A stretch of DNA of 64,000 nucleotides from Octopus sinensis (GCF_006345805.1 NC_043006.1:9548001-9612000); one strand, 5' to 3'; counted from the stretch's first letter, positions 35,992-51,076 are shown. Notes: generated by a model from the sequence alone, not told the origin. Numbers and translations: made by a program.

Positions 35992-36272
35992 CACTTCGTC
36001 GGTTACGACGACAAGAGTTGCAGATGATCCGATCATTAAATTTACGTGCAAGTGTCGGAGCACTCCACAAATATATGTACCCTTAACGTAGCTCTCAAGG
36101 AGATTAGGCATGAAACAGAATATGACGAATCTGATCCTTTGAAATACTGGTACTACAAACGTTTGTCAGCTGAGTGAACTGGAGCAACGTGGAATAAAGG
36201 ATATAACGCGTCGCCGGGAATTGAACTCAAAATCTTGTGATCGTGAACCGAATATCCCGAAGCCACTCGCAC
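35992..36272 (-). mobile_element. SINE family C (diverged)
   Basis: Aligns to 52205-52525 with internal deletions. Confidence 0.8.
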
Positions 36273-37975
36273 GCATAGTTATAAACTTAAGTGGCGTATA
36301 CATTAAAGGCATTAAGATAACAAAATAACACTGATTGAACGGGATTTGTCTCCATAAGATGTTGACAGGAGAAAACACATTGTAGAGGTCTATGTATTGA
36401 TTACTCGTTCTTTTTCACCGCATTTGTTTGATAAACAATCCTTATTGAAACCATCTCGCCAATGTGTATTATGGTAGATGGAAGTTTTACATGTGTTCAG
36501 GCTAAATGTTATTTGCCATTTGAAACTGAGTCACAATAACTGGTTTTCAATGAATCACATATTTCGATTATGACATTACAAAGATTATCTGAAGAATGTC
36601 GTTAAGCTGAATGCTGCCAGGAGTGTGTTTATGCATGGAGAATGGAGAATATTTAAATCTTCGTATTTGCTAAGGTGTCCTTAAACCAGGGTTTCATCGG
36701 CATAGCTCACTAAGAATCTCTACAGAACCACTGCATTCACCAGAATCCTTTTGAACATTTGCCATCTTCAACCACTGCTAGCTCACGTCTCTGCATGTGA
36801 GCCCGTTCAAGGCATTTTATTATCATCGTTTGTCGCGAATGTGTATGGAATTGTTCACAGGTTTTAAAGTCAGAATATCGTTTCATTTGTATGTCTCTAC
36901 CATTCCTGCAAGTCATTATACATCATACCATAAATTGTCACTAGTTAACCAGTATCAAGGACTTTGTATACGTAAACGTATAATGATTCATAAAGTTTAG
37001 TATTTTACAAATTAGACATCGCTCTACAACGGTATCACCGTCGATTTCTATTCAGTAAGAAGTAATTAGCTCCTATAATTCGAAAAATATATATATTTAT
37101 ATCTTTATTGTCTATAAGAAAAGGAGTCGCGCTGAATCTCCCTTAGTAGTTGTGATCTCTGAAATCGAGAAATCGAGCAACGTTACTACAAAGAAACATC
37201 ATATGTGCCATATCTCAACCTCTTGTACTCATGATCATACTCTTATAGCCATTACCCGAGATTCCTGACCATAGTTAAGGATAGACATAAACACTGAATC
37301 AACGATTGCGATTTTGGCTTTTACACCTATCTCCATTTTTTCTAATAACCAAATTGTTGCATAATCACTCTCGCGCTTAATTCAGTTTCTAAATTTCCAT
37401 CATTCAGAAAACCTCCCAAATTGATAAGCTTCCTTCGGAGGCTACAATGCTGCCTATAAATTTTACGTCACCTAAGTTTATTGGTGTCTAGATGTCTCTG
37501 GTTTAATTGTATGTTACTTAGTTGCATGACATTCGAATTGGATTGTCCGCTTGAAAGAGATGATTTCATTGATTCGGAAGTTTCTACTAAACTTAGGGTA
37601 AAATATATGCATATAACTTAAGAAGTTTTGAAAAGTCAATGTGATAATTATATATGTTCGTCTTACATATATTTAACATTGAACTCTTTACTCTACTATA
37701 GTGAGGAGAGGATGTTGCTCATGTTTAAATTGTTTCCGACAAATCGTTGATGATTTCAAATTCAAGATACTTGCTAGAGAAGGTTATAAGTGCTATTAAC
37801 ACCGCTTAACCTGATTAGTAATTAGCAGAGAGACTGCTAGATATGAAATAGAATGATACACACATAAAATATATGGCATATTTATAACAATCCTCAGTGA
37901 ATATGATATTTTAACACATGAATTTAACTATATCTCAATAAACAGAGACAAAATGCATTCCAACGTATAGACCAC

Positions 37976-38100
37976 CTCAACAAGACCAGAACGTAAGTCA
38001 TTGCTGATCGATTTTGTGCTTTCCATTCGTCTGTATAACATTAGATAAATTGCACCCCCAATGATATTTATCTCTAGTAGAAGATATTTCATTGAAGAAC
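37976..38100 (-). CDS. Candidate 125-nt exon
   Basis: GTGTATTTCACTTTCAG|G acceptor and weak GAG|GTGGTC donor. Open frame SSMKYLLLEINIIGGAIYLMLYRRMESTKSISNDLRSGLVE with a hydrophobic stretch. Confidence 0.25.
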
Positions 38101-39454
38101 CTGAAAGTGAAATACACTCACAAAATTTACTTATGCTCAGAAAACCCCGTCCATATTTTGGACTGTGTCGCTTACATCCATATAAGCAGCTTAAACAATA
38201 TTCAAAAAGCAATTCGTATGAATAGTAACGCTTCATGCTTTAATTACATTGTTTTTTCGCTCTTTTAGTTAACGAAATGTATCATTGTGCATTAAGACTC
38301 TGGTTACCGGATAAAACATATTAGTACTAGTCATAACACATCCACTCTCATCATAACTACGTTCACACCTCTTACTTCCCGACGTAAATAATTTGTTTAA
38401 TCAATTATTCAAAAATTCTATTTGCACTTTACCGTTAGGCATGCTTAATATTCTTACAAGAAATTGAAATATTACATAATTTCATATCTCTATACATAAG
38501 CTTAGACGTCCTAGCCACTCTGACCATATTAAATTTCATTTAATTATTTAAAGAAAAAAAATGTCACGATAAATTATATATTATCTTAATACAAATCTAC
38601 GATAATAGAAACTTATTCATGTCATAAAAGAAAGTGTGAATGGCTACAGTTTTCTCACATTGTCTATTTAAATATTAGATTCAAATATTCGATCTACTGA
38701 CCTCAATGATACTTCAGTTTTGTGTGATTTTTAAAAAGAACGATAGCTTTTGATGTAAACTCATAAAAGAACCCTATGTTTATTGCTATCACTTCTTGAT
38801 TGATCAATTGAGTTAATACCTTTTCTTCTATCTTTAAATGTAACGTTCCAATCGGTTAACTAAGTTTGTTCTTTAAGTAAATACCATAAAACTATACTTT
38901 CTCACTGGCACCAAAGTCTAATGTTATAATAATGACAAATCAATACGATATACATTCACTTTTCAGTATATATCTTACTCTAGAGACGAGACTAACTTGA
39001 AACTAATGTATCTGTTTCTTATAGTTTCAGAACAATTTTATATCCCTTTCATGAATTGCCTTCGGAATTCTTGCGTTACGGTAAAAGAAAACACGCACAT
39101 ATTACAAAATGGAAGACACATTATTGCTACAAAGGTGTCGTTAATATTTATTGACACAAGATATGACAGATGTAACCCAAATAAACGTTTTTATTTACTC
39201 TTTTTGTTTAAATTTTATTATCACCAAGAATTTTGTTTAAGACTATGAATTTTGGGGGAAGAATGTCCACCATGAGAATTCATATAAAAGTTTATTAGTA
39301 AATGAAATTACGCTAGAAATTATTTAGGTAAATTTTGTGCTTTGTTTTCACAAAAGAACGTTATCTAAATTTTTGTAAGTCTACGAGATGAGGAATCATT
39401 TGAGAATTGGAAAAAACACTTTACACTACTTGTTTTGTCTCTTAATTCTTTCGG

Positions 39455-39590
39455 AATGCTAGTCAAGCTGAGGTCAACTCTGCCTTCTGGCATTTGAAAA
39501 TGTTTGAAATAAAGTACGAGGCTAATACTTTGGTCGATAATACCGACTGAAATTTTTCTCTCAAAATTGTTGGCCTTGTGCATAAATTAG
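39455..39590 (+). mobile_element. Decayed SINE family A 3' half
   Basis: GCTGAGGTCAACTCTGCCTT...AAAGTACGAG...GGTCGATAATACCGACT...AAATTGTTGGCCTTGTGC resembles the 1545-1770 variant. Confidence 0.6.
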
Positions 39591-42251
39591 AAACATCTAT
39601 TTAAATTTAACTATGCAAGATCATTGCAGCCTGGACATAGCTGTTGTAGTTAAGATATGCCAAAAATTAAAAAATACGAACAAATGAGTGAATGTTAACG
39701 TTTTAATGGCTATTTACCCAAATGACTTCCAGATGGAGAATTATAAAATTTCAGTTTTCGCTCAAAACAAATAGATTATACATGCTGCTAATTCATTATT
39801 TTAACCAATAATTTTTCCTTCTAAAGCTCAGATTTGGCGTAAATAGTTAGCTGATTCTAATAGAATGCAAGTACATAATTCCACTCCGTCTGTCACAATT
39901 GGTAAAAGTAAAAAAAAAAACTTAAACTAAAATCTGTCAGTATATTTTTTTAACTAAATGTTCTATCTCATTTGAATTTATTCTGTGAGATATTGTTGGT
40001 GTTGCTTAACTGTAAATATCACATAGCATCAAACATATTTCACACATGAATATCCATTATTTCAATGACCATATAGGGAAACCTATATATCTTTATGAGT
40101 ACATCCATATTCAATACGGTGAATAAAAGAGAAAGACAGTTTTCCTGCTCTTTCAGTATCTCTAATAAATTCCAAAACGCTAGATTATACGCGAGTTGGT
40201 ATTCTAATTGGTTGGAATTTATAGTGACTCATCTACGTAAACACCAGATCTATTAAAATATATCGTTGTAAATTCACATAGAAACATACTTTAGATTTAA
40301 AATGATCGTTGTTTGCACTCTACAACAGGAATAGGAATGAATATTTGCGTATTTATTCTAAACACGTCAAGGAAAGTTGAAGCACAGAATACACCAAGTG
40401 CTTTCGTGTATATCTTATGAGAATAGCATTGTTCCTTTCAGATAACATTGGGTTTAACATACTTGAGTTTTTGGTTCTCAGCATTCCGTGACATCGATAT
40501 TTCGACGACATTTTGTGTCTGATCAGGCAGACGTTGTCTGAACTATAAAGCTAGACAAATCCACTGTCAATGTTTATGCCTTCAACGAACAAAATGGATT
40601 GCTGAACTGTGCTTAGATCAGCAAACCGATAAAAAGTCTTTGTTTGCACCATCTACAACGACATCAAGATTGCCTGCTTGCATATGTATTCTTAACACGT
40701 CTAGGCAGGTTCAGATGCATAATGTGCTGGGCGCTATAATTCAATCTCACAAAGGTATATATTACAGCGCCTAAAGCATTTTGTGTTTGTTTTAGAGAAT
40801 TCAGATGAGATATTAAACAGGTCCGTAATAGGTTAATGAATAACATTTTAACATATCATTACACCCACTCTCGTTCTGCTAAATTAAGATCATGATCTCC
40901 CGCAGTCATATTTAAATACCAATTTTACCAAATTCTTTGTATGTTACGTCTCGTTACTTAAAACATAGGACAGAAATGAAATAATTCTTCGCCACATAAA
41001 TATTATTAATGGTAAATAGGATCTCCTAAAAGTGGAAACGTTGAAGGTTTAACTCATATCCGGCCATGTATATGATTTCATTTCATTCCTGTCAGCTCAT
41101 GAGCAATTTCAGGTGACTGAAACAATTTTTGTTCAATGAGAGGAGTCATTTTATGCGTAAGTCAAAATACATGTTGCCATGCTAACTGAAGTTTCAATCA
41201 CAGCTGTGGTGTGGAAGTTAAGGGTATAGCCCAAAGCCCGTAGTATTTTTTCCAATTCCCACAAACAGGATAGACTATTCTAACAGATCCTTGCTCAAAA
41301 CGAAACAGATGTCTTCCAATTTAGTCCAATCGTTTTATTCACTTAAAGACAAATCATAAAACCTCATGCTCATCATTATGTTCCATTCTCTATATTTCTA
41401 GTCAGTTGATACTTGGATAAAGCCATCATATGATATGCTAGCGCTCCATACAGTGCTACAACGCGCACAGAAGGTAAAGTCATATCACATTATTTCTCTT
41501 CATTTCACCAAGAATATGTACAAAGTACGTTACAATAAGCAATTTAAACTGCCTTTAGTTAGAAGAGGTGGTAATTACAACAGAAAAAAATTCCTTGGAT
41601 GGGATCAATCATTTTAAAATCACAACACTTTATAGTAATCATTATAATAGTATTCTTAAACCCATTCCAAATCAAATTGTTTATTATGATCCGTAAGATA
41701 CCAGTATTGTTAAGATTATTGATATGTCTAAATGTAAAATAATGATTAGATTATTCTTTTGAACTACTGAGATGAAGAACCACCTATATATAATCAAATG
41801 GTCAGAAACGGAAGTAATTTTACATTGATAAATAGAGTTTGTAGTCTTCGAATTACTGCTAAGAAAACGAATGTGATTGGAATCAACTTCAGAATATATA
41901 ACCCCGCTGTTATTATTATTTAAAGAATGGTTAGTGTTAAAAAAATCAATGTTAGTATTTTCATTAAGTAGATTTGTATTCAACAAATTATTATTATGCG
42001 AAGAAAGGATTTGTGAAGGATTATTTGTGTTAGAAAAACCTATCTCGTCTCGGTGTGAATTAATATTCGAATACTATCTTGAATTTCTTGGGAAATTTTC
42101 TATAGCATCACGAAACTGCTATGGGAGGATGAATTTGATCCGCTTACGATATAGAATTATTAACCAAACAGTTTTGCTAGGAAATACCTTGTTTTTAGGG
42201 TAATTGACATTAAAAGTCCTCGATTATTAATATTATTTATATATATATATA

Positions 42252-42557
42252 TCACGTGATCACGGGACCGACGAGACCATCAGATGTTGTTACACATCGC
42301 TGGTCCCAATGTGTTTGCATTGTTTTAGCCTTCGAATGACGCCACCCCACTGGCTAAGCGAGCAGGTCAACAGAAGAAAGAATAGGAGAAAGTGTGGTGA
42401 AAGAGTACAGCAGGGATCACCACCCCCTGCCGGAGACTCATGGAGCCTTTTAGGTGTTATCGCTCAATAAACACTCACAACGCCCAGTCTGGGAATCGAA
42501 ACCGCGATCCTACGACCGCGAGTCCGCTGCCCTAAAAACTGGGCCATTGCGACTCCA
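42252..42557 (-). mobile_element. tRNA-derived SINE family D
   Basis: Minus-strand head GGAGTCGCAATGGCCCAGT..TTAGGGCAGCGGACTCGC...GGTTTCGATTCCC (A/B boxes); 3' end GACCAGCGATGTGTAACAACATCTGATGGTC...GTGATCACGTGA, then (TA)n. Confidence 0.82.
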
Positions 42558-42565
42558 CATATATA

Positions 42566-42566
<1 letters not shown>

Positions 42567-42658
<92 letters not shown>

Positions 42659-42660
42659 CT
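42567..42660. repeat. (ATCT)n microsatellite
   Basis: Seen directly. Confidence 0.98.
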
Positions 42661-42989
42661 CTCTCTCTATATATATATATAAAATTATAAAATTGGTAAA
42701 AACTGTAAGATAACAAAAGAAAGAAAGAGACCTCAATATTATGTAAATAGAGGAAATTTATCTATAAAATAATATGTTCCAATTATTCAAAAGTCAAGAT
42801 ATATTAGTTTCCAAGTATGAAATTTGTCGTAAGGTATATGGTAAAATTTGACAGCTGCTCATTTTACGCCATTAAAATTTGACAGTTTTTAATTTTTGTT
42901 AGGACGCTGACACATGTATATTCTTTATTCTAACTTAGTTTGCGCTTTATAAATTATTTATAAATCGTTTTTGCTATTATTGTTTAGAG

Positions 42990-43290
42990 GTGGATAAGTC
43001 GGAAATATGTACAGATTTGAAATATGAGTTCTTTCTTGGAAATACATCATCAAAGACAGCTCGGAATATTAATGGAGTATTTCATTCTATTGTTATTATG
43101 CAGCAGATAGCAACAAACTGGTTTGTAAAATTTCGTCCAGGTAGCTTTCTCCTCACAAATGAGCAACGCGGTCGACCAGATACAAAGTAGATAGTGACGA
43201 ACTGAAAGCCAACGCCGAGGCAGATCCATCTTAAAGTGCCCGTGAATTATTGTGTTTCTTTGGTGTTAACCATATTGACTCACCTAGTTC
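42990..43290 (+). pseudogene. Mariner transposase N-terminal HTH relic
   Basis: MDKSEICTDLKYEFFLGNTSSKTARNINGVF...WFVKFRPGSFLLTNEQRGRPDTK*DSDELKA matches the mariner TARNIN/WF.KFR.G/RGRP pattern. Confidence 0.85.
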
Positions 43291-43438
43291 AAATTGCCTA
43301 TGTAATGTACCTCACAGCATACATATATGCGTACAAGCACTCACATCGCATAGCTACATATACTCACCGATTCACATCAACCTGCCGGTGTATATATATG
43401 CTTATATACATATAAACATATAAATATATACACGTATA

Positions 43439-43531
<93 letters not shown>

Positions 43532-45247
43532 TATATACAGGCACACACGTTTGTAAACATGTTGCCACATATACATACACATACACGCATATGCATACAT
43601 ATACGCACTCACATACTCGCACACACACGCACCTATATATAAATATATATACAGATGCATGTATATGCATGCACATACATATATGCGTATACATGTGCAT
43701 ACATACGCAATAATTGCATACGCATGCATATATAAATATATAGATGCACCCACATTTACACACACACGTATATATATATATATATACGCACACGTATGTA
43801 TATATGCATATACCCCTCTCTCGCATACGCATTACATACATATACACAATAATGCATGTTTAATTTTGTTCAGTGAGTTCCGGCTAAGTTTTCTACACAA
43901 GAAAAATGATAAACAAAGTGTGTGTATACATGTTAGTTTCATAGGTGCGAATATGCTATATGCTGCCGCACGTAAATCTCTGCGTGAGTGATTGTAAAAG
44001 TTCATATGTTTACATATATACAAGTGTGTGTGTGTGTTTGTGCATGTGTATATATGATTACATTGTGCATGTGTATATATGAGTACATATATATACATCT
44101 ATGTATCTATAAGTACATTGACAGACATATATATAAGATAATCTGTTATATAGACAGAAAGAAATATAAATTGGACGATGTATAGATACGTAAATAATCA
44201 CTCTCACCTTAGCTGACTCAACGATCTCAACAAAAATACAATATTTTCACATATGGTTCGGTACTCTTAGCAGGTTGAACTGTTGTGAATCAGTGAGAGA
44301 CGAAGTGAATTATGAAATATATGTAAAACAGGTGTCATGTTTAGCAGCTAAAATGTCATCGGTGCAAACATAACAAATAGTTTTGGTCAGAATATTACAC
44401 TTGTTTCTGAAATTTATTGTAGGTCTGAAATTCCTATCTTAACGGCAATCGCTTAACGAAAGTCATGTTGGGGCAATAGAAAGCTCCACAGATGATTATA
44501 TTGTCAAAGTTGCAAGTAGTTTCCAATAGCTGTCATTTAAAACCGAAAATTTCTTTCTGAGACGAAATATGTGAAACGCCCGTTCTGACCTCAAATGTGC
44601 AACACCTTTTCCAGCATGTGATATTCTTGATCAAAAGAGAGCACCAATGACAGCAATAAATCATCAGTGAGTGAAATAGCACAGCATTTCATTTTCGCAA
44701 GGGAGAAAACCGCGTAAAGACTAAATGATGTAAAAGAAATTGCGAAATACCGACATGAAACATGTTTTATTGTACAAAGTAAGATAAAAAATACATATGA
44801 CCGTATGCGTTGCTGAGCTGGTGGTTAAAAAGCTTTGCATTGTCACAGATTTCTAGCTTCGACTGCACATTGTAGCGCCTTGGGTTAATGTTTAGTAAAT
44901 ATTGACGTCAAATCATTCCTCCACGTTGGAATTGGGTTACCATAAACATCGCTGCTCGCGCTAGCGTCTGACGACGTAACATTAATGGCGCTAGGGAAGG
45001 CCGAATTAACAAGATCTGTTTGACTCGGTGGTGATGATGTCAGGTAATGTATATCCCCGCTAGCGATGTAAACAACAATGCTTGCATATACCGAAATCGA
45101 AAACAAGAGTTCCTCTCATGGAAATTATCTCATTATCCAAGTGTCTTAACATGACATCTGCATTTAGCCAGGGACAACTTTTACCGCTTTTTATTAATTC
45201 TGCCTCTGACGCTAATAATCATTTGTTAGTATTGTGTTTAGTTTAGA

Positions 45248-45465
45248 GGCGGCGAGCTGGCAGAAACGTTAGCAGGCCGGGCGAAATGCTTAGCGGTATT
45301 TCGTCTGCCGTTACGTTGTGAGTTCAAATTCCGCCGAGATCGACTTTGCCTTTCATCCTTTCGGGGTCGATAAATTAAGCACTAGTTACGCACTGGGGTC
45401 GATGTAATCGACTTAATACCTATGTTTGTCCTTGTTTGTCCCCTTGTGGGTAATAAAGAAATAAG
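45248..45465 (+). mobile_element. SINE family A
   Basis: Young full copy, near-identical to the 7595 head and core. Confidence 0.92.
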
Positions 45466-46513
45466 TATTGTGTTTAGTTACTTGTCTATGCATCGTTTGG
45501 TAGCTGTTGTCTTTTAATACCATGTGTTAAAATGTAATCAAATATATTTTAAATATAGGCTGAAATACCTAATATGTTAAGGCTATGCATATGAAATAAT
45601 ATTCACAATATGCACAATATGGTGGGGCTCTTCTCAAAGACTGATCCTCACACTACTACACTTATCATCTGACTTCAGGGATATTCCTGTGCTACATATT
45701 TTGTAGCAACGCCCCCCTCCCCCAGCATCGTGATGAGAGCCATTTTCCTCTGATCTGGACAGGATCATATCTCGAAGAGAGAAGACAAAATTGCCAACAT
45801 CAGAACCAGTGGATGTCGATACTGATCACAATGGCCGAACATGTAAACTAGTAAAATGTGAACGAAAAGTAAACTATACTTGGAGAGAGAGTATTCTGTT
45901 GCAATTCCTTCTCCTAATACTTCATATCATATTTCACATGCCGCAGACATGGTGTTCAACATTAGAGGGCATGGATCTCTTACCATGGAATAGAAATCCA
46001 CCCTAATGGAAACCACTACACGAATATTAATTCTTTCATCATATTTTAAATGTATTCTGTTGAAGAATAGCATACGTTTTATATCGTTTAAACTATATAT
46101 TTTTTCGAAATGTGTACATATATATTTATAAGTATATAAACGTGTTCGAGTGTGCGTTGAAAGGTAAGTACATCTCTGTGTGCATGTGTGCGTATGTGTG
46201 TTCGAGTGAATGTGCGAACCCGTGTGTTGTGTCATGTGAAGAAGATATTTGAAAAGAAATGGTGTGATCTTGATGCCGACAGACACCCAGTCACATTCCA
46301 GACTTGTTTTTTCTTCTCTTCTTGACTTGCGAGTTGTTTAATATTGACTTTGTTGTCTCCCGTTCCCATTTGAATCGGAACATTTCGCTTGCACTACCAA
46401 GTGATTCTACTACAATAACTTGCCGACATTTGCATTTCTCACTTTATTTTTTTCTAACAACTCATCATATATTGATTTATAGGTACATATATTAGTGGAT
46501 GTATGTATCTACG

Positions 46514-46600
<87 letters not shown>

Positions 46601-46721
46601 CAATATATATATGCATATATATATACACATATATACATACATAGATATATATGTGTGCGTTGATCTATGTAAGCAGGTATGTGTTGATATGTATATTTAT
46701 ATATATGTATATTTATATATA

Positions 46722-46799
<78 letters not shown>

Positions 46800-47074
46800 A
46801 TATATGTATGCATGTATACATTGCTCTATTTCAAAAATACAATTTCACACTATGGCTGAATAAACATAAGCGTGACCCGATTAAATGACTTTATAGCAAA
46901 AAAAACTAATAGACAACACTGTAGGTGATCTGAAAGTCGTATATCTTCAACTCTTTGCTTTTATATGTATAAGCTGACAGCCATAATGTAGTAAAGTGAA
47001 TTGTGTTCACGCATAAAAACACAGACACATATATACGCATGTTGTATGAATGCTTTATACATAGTTACATAAGT

Positions 47075-47147
<73 letters not shown>

Positions 47148-47177
47148 AATATATATATATATTATATATATATATAT

Positions 47178-47249
<72 letters not shown>

Positions 47250-47446
47250 ATATGTGCGTTTTTTGTGTCGGGGTGCTTGTATGCGCATCTTTGTGTGACA
47301 CAACGTTAGCTGAAGTGTTTTATATGCTTTCAGATATGTTTGTATGTTTGGGAAATCTGAGGGAGTTAATGGGGAAATGATAAAACGAGTGATATAAGAG
47401 GTGTTATCAATTCAATTACAGACTGCACAGTTCTACTGCGACCTAC

Positions 47447-47494
47447 TGTTTATTGCGGCTATTATGACAGGATATGTCGCCTCAATTGTCTGTG
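47447..47494 (-). CDS. Candidate 48-nt phase 1-1 exon
   Basis: CCAATTCTTCTAACAG acceptor and ACA|GTAGGT donor; open frame QTIEATYPVIIAAIN. Confidence 0.2.
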
Positions 47495-48723
47495 CTGTTA
47501 GAAGAATTGGTTTTCTTTCAAAGACACTCTTTGCTTTAACACTTATACCCTCACTACAGACTTGAAGACACTTTCGTGTTTCATTTAAAAAGAAAAAGAA
47601 AGTGATAACTGACAAACTGCTTCAGATAAATGTGTATCATTTTATACCTACTTCAAAACTTACGGTACTCAGTCGTTTTCTTACAGTACTCTATGGTTTC
47701 TAAAGAAATTTCTGTAGGAGCATTTCTAATTTTTTATCATGTTAGTTGTCTGTTTCACGCCTTTTCATCACATGAATTGTTGGGAGTTACTTGAAACTAT
47801 TAAACATGTCTGTGAAGGAAAATTTAAGAAACTTTTATTTACTTTATGTTGCCCCTTAAGCATTATATATTACGCATACACATTTTCATATACATATACA
47901 AATGTGCATGTGGTTTTCTCTGTTTATTTGTTTGTGTATACGTCATTATTTCGCTGAAGCCATCTGCCACTATTTTAATTTACACTAATTCTCACGGAAC
48001 CTAGCAGGCTCGGAGGATTCTAACATGCAAACAATTTACATGGCATCTTATATATTAGGACGGTGAGTGCTAAACATGTTCGTTGACAACATAGAATATT
48101 TTACTCATAGACGATAGTAACGCTTAATGAGTACGAAGTTTTAAATGAAAATTTTATTGTCTTAGGGAGAAATATTATTGCCTTCAGGAGAAATAACCGC
48201 ATCTTTCTACTAAAATTTGACGATCTCATAAAAAAAAGTGCATGATACTAAAACCCGAGATTTCAGACGGGAAAAATAAACTGGTCATTTACTATGATTA
48301 TTGTATATTTTGTATCTATTTAACTTTGTAACAGTATTTCATGATATTGTCGTTGCTCCTCTTGGTACCACGTATGTTGCAATAACTAGTCAGCTGTGTG
48401 TCTTATATGTCAAGATTATAGAGCATGCTTGCTCAGGGCTGAATTGAAATCAAGCATTCAACTCTACAGACAGAAATACGGTGCATGTTAAAAATGTAAA
48501 TTTTATCAATACTTTATGACGATGATGTACTTGGAAACATTCTAATTACGTAAGTTTATTTACAATTTAATCAGGAATTGTTGTCTACATATAAACAATT
48601 TTGAAATCTATGGTCTAATGATCAGTCACATGGCAATCGACGTCGATGATCTTTCTAACATTTACTGATCTGGCGATTTTGTACAATATTTTAAGAACGG
48701 ACTAAATTTGAATAGAATTTTAA

Positions 48724-48879
48724 GGGCGGAAGTGGTTTTCATCATGAGCGACAGACTAAATTAATCGGCGATTATTTAAAAATAAATTCATTAGCTGCCA
48801 TTACCTCCGTTGCGACTATTCTGAGCAGCAGGTTTCCAGTATGGGGGGATAAATTCATCTCGTCTATTTACAGGTAAGT
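48724..48879 (+). promoter_or_regulatory. Possible promoter/first exon: ETS-like GGCGGAAGTG motif and consensus donor CAG|GTAAGT (48873/48874)
   Basis: Motifs seen directly within a locally GC/CpG-richer patch. No in-frame ATG. Confidence 0.3.
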
Positions 48880-49447
48880 ATATCATCAAAAGTATCAAAA
48901 CATTACGTTTTCCAGTCTGACAACACGATAAATAATTTGCATTCATTGACACACACGTACAAACACACACAAACACACACACAATACACACACTAAAACA
49001 CACTCACAGAAACATACACACATAAGCTCGCGTGCGCGAAAGAAAAAGCATATTATACACCAATAATTTCTGCTGATATCTGCTTGATTACGAATTATGC
49101 TTTAAATTAGGTTGTTCTACTAAGCACTAATTCTTTGTAAAATAATTGCTTTGTGTTCCATCATATAAGTTAATTATACATTATGCTTGTTGGCATTTCT
49201 GATTAAAATTAAATTCTGCAAGGTTACACTGTGTTTGTGTTTCTATATGTATTAAGGCAATAATTACATGACTCATAACTTTGGAAGAATTGCTTTGCCA
49301 CACTGGTCACTATAAGGAAGTATATGAAGAAATTGTAACTAATTTTGGCATTGAGACACAAACAGTAAGATGGGTCACCACTGCATAACACACAAACAAA
49401 CAAATGCACACATACATACATACATACATACATACACATACATACAT

Positions 49448-49514
<67 letters not shown>

Positions 49515-50380
49515 TGTTTTGTGTCCAGTTACAATAAAAACAATTTTACATTGATCAGATGTGTTACTCAATACTTTTGTAGATGGAAAACTAATTATTC
49601 CTATATAAATAAACATGTGGTTGAAGATGACTTCGAAGTTTCTGCCTGCCAAAGAATCGTAAGACAGAATCGTAACAGAGTTAGCCCCACCAGTAGATAG
49701 TCTCTGTTGAGTTAAAAACATCTTTCACTGAATGGGTTTGAGCATTTTAATTTTCTTTACTTAAATTATTTTATCTATTTAAATTTTGTTGTTCTTTCAT
49801 GGTACTTAATATGTATTTGAATTTTAACGCTCACATTCCTACACATATGTATTTTGAATCAGTATATGCTTGAAATTTAGCAGTCCTTTACGGGAAATTT
49901 CGTCTGCGATTTGAACCAAGTCCCTGAAGAGACTTGTATACATATATGGGAATATATTATAAACTAACTAATGTATATAAGTCAAAACAAATTGTTGGCT
50001 TTATAATTAAAAAAAATATTGTTATGTTGTATTATATTATATTTTTTATAGTATATTATGTTATAATGTGTAAAGGTAAAAAATAGTTGAGAAGGGAAAC
50101 CAAATGAATTTATTGCGAAACTTTAGATTTCCGTACTTAATCCATCTTCCGTTTCCTTTAACAATCATAAACTCAACAAATTAAGCTGATTTCCTAACAT
50201 AAATCCATTGAAAGTTATATAGTAGACCAAATGATGAACATGATTTAATCGAAATATTAAAAGACATATAGCAAAAGTCGAAATAGTTACAAAATTTATG
50301 CATCCATGTATGTATGTATGTATGTATGTATGTATGTATGTATGTATGTATGTATCTATGTATGTATGTGTATATATATA

Positions 50381-50411
<31 letters not shown>

Positions 50412-50413
<2 letters not shown>

Positions 50414-50616
50414 CACAAGTGGTTACTGAAAACTCCCTGCCTTTAACTGTATCGCGAAAGGTCTGAATCGAGGTCTAAATTTCCGAGTTCTTTTACACGA
50501 CTTGGAAAATTTGAAGGACCGTCGCAATAATGTGTGAGAATCTGAGAAGGGAATATTATGAATAAAATCAAATTTAATTGACGCTCCTGCTAAAAAATTA
50601 TGAGCACCTCCTCGTA
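50412..50616. mobile_element. Mariner-type MITE of about 205 bp
   Basis: Imperfect terminal inverted repeats TACACAAGTGGTTACTGAAAACT / TACGAGGAGGTGCTCATAATT in a TA context. Confidence 0.6.
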
Positions 50617-50679
50617 TATATATTAAGCCTTCGCACATATAAATCATTTTTACATATTCATATATTGACGTATTTCTAT

Positions 50680-50822
<143 letters not shown>

Positions 50823-51076
50823 TCTAACTATTTATCTATCTCTGTAAGGACGTATGTATTCTTGAATGATATGCTGGATCTGTAAAAAATAATTCTATGG
50901 TTAAAGTTTTGATTAAAATTGCAATTTAAAATATCACATAGAAAATTCATTTCTTGTGATCTCTCAGAAGAACACAGACTGATTTAGATCTTTATTTAAA
51001 GTTTACACCAGCTTTCTTCTAACTGGAAACTATACCTTAATTACGATTTTGGAATTGTGCAACTATGTATAATATA

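Noticed and set aside
39365-39583. LRR-like peptide VDLSLTSIPKEL on the minus strand
   Set aside because: It is the antisense of a decayed family A SINE.
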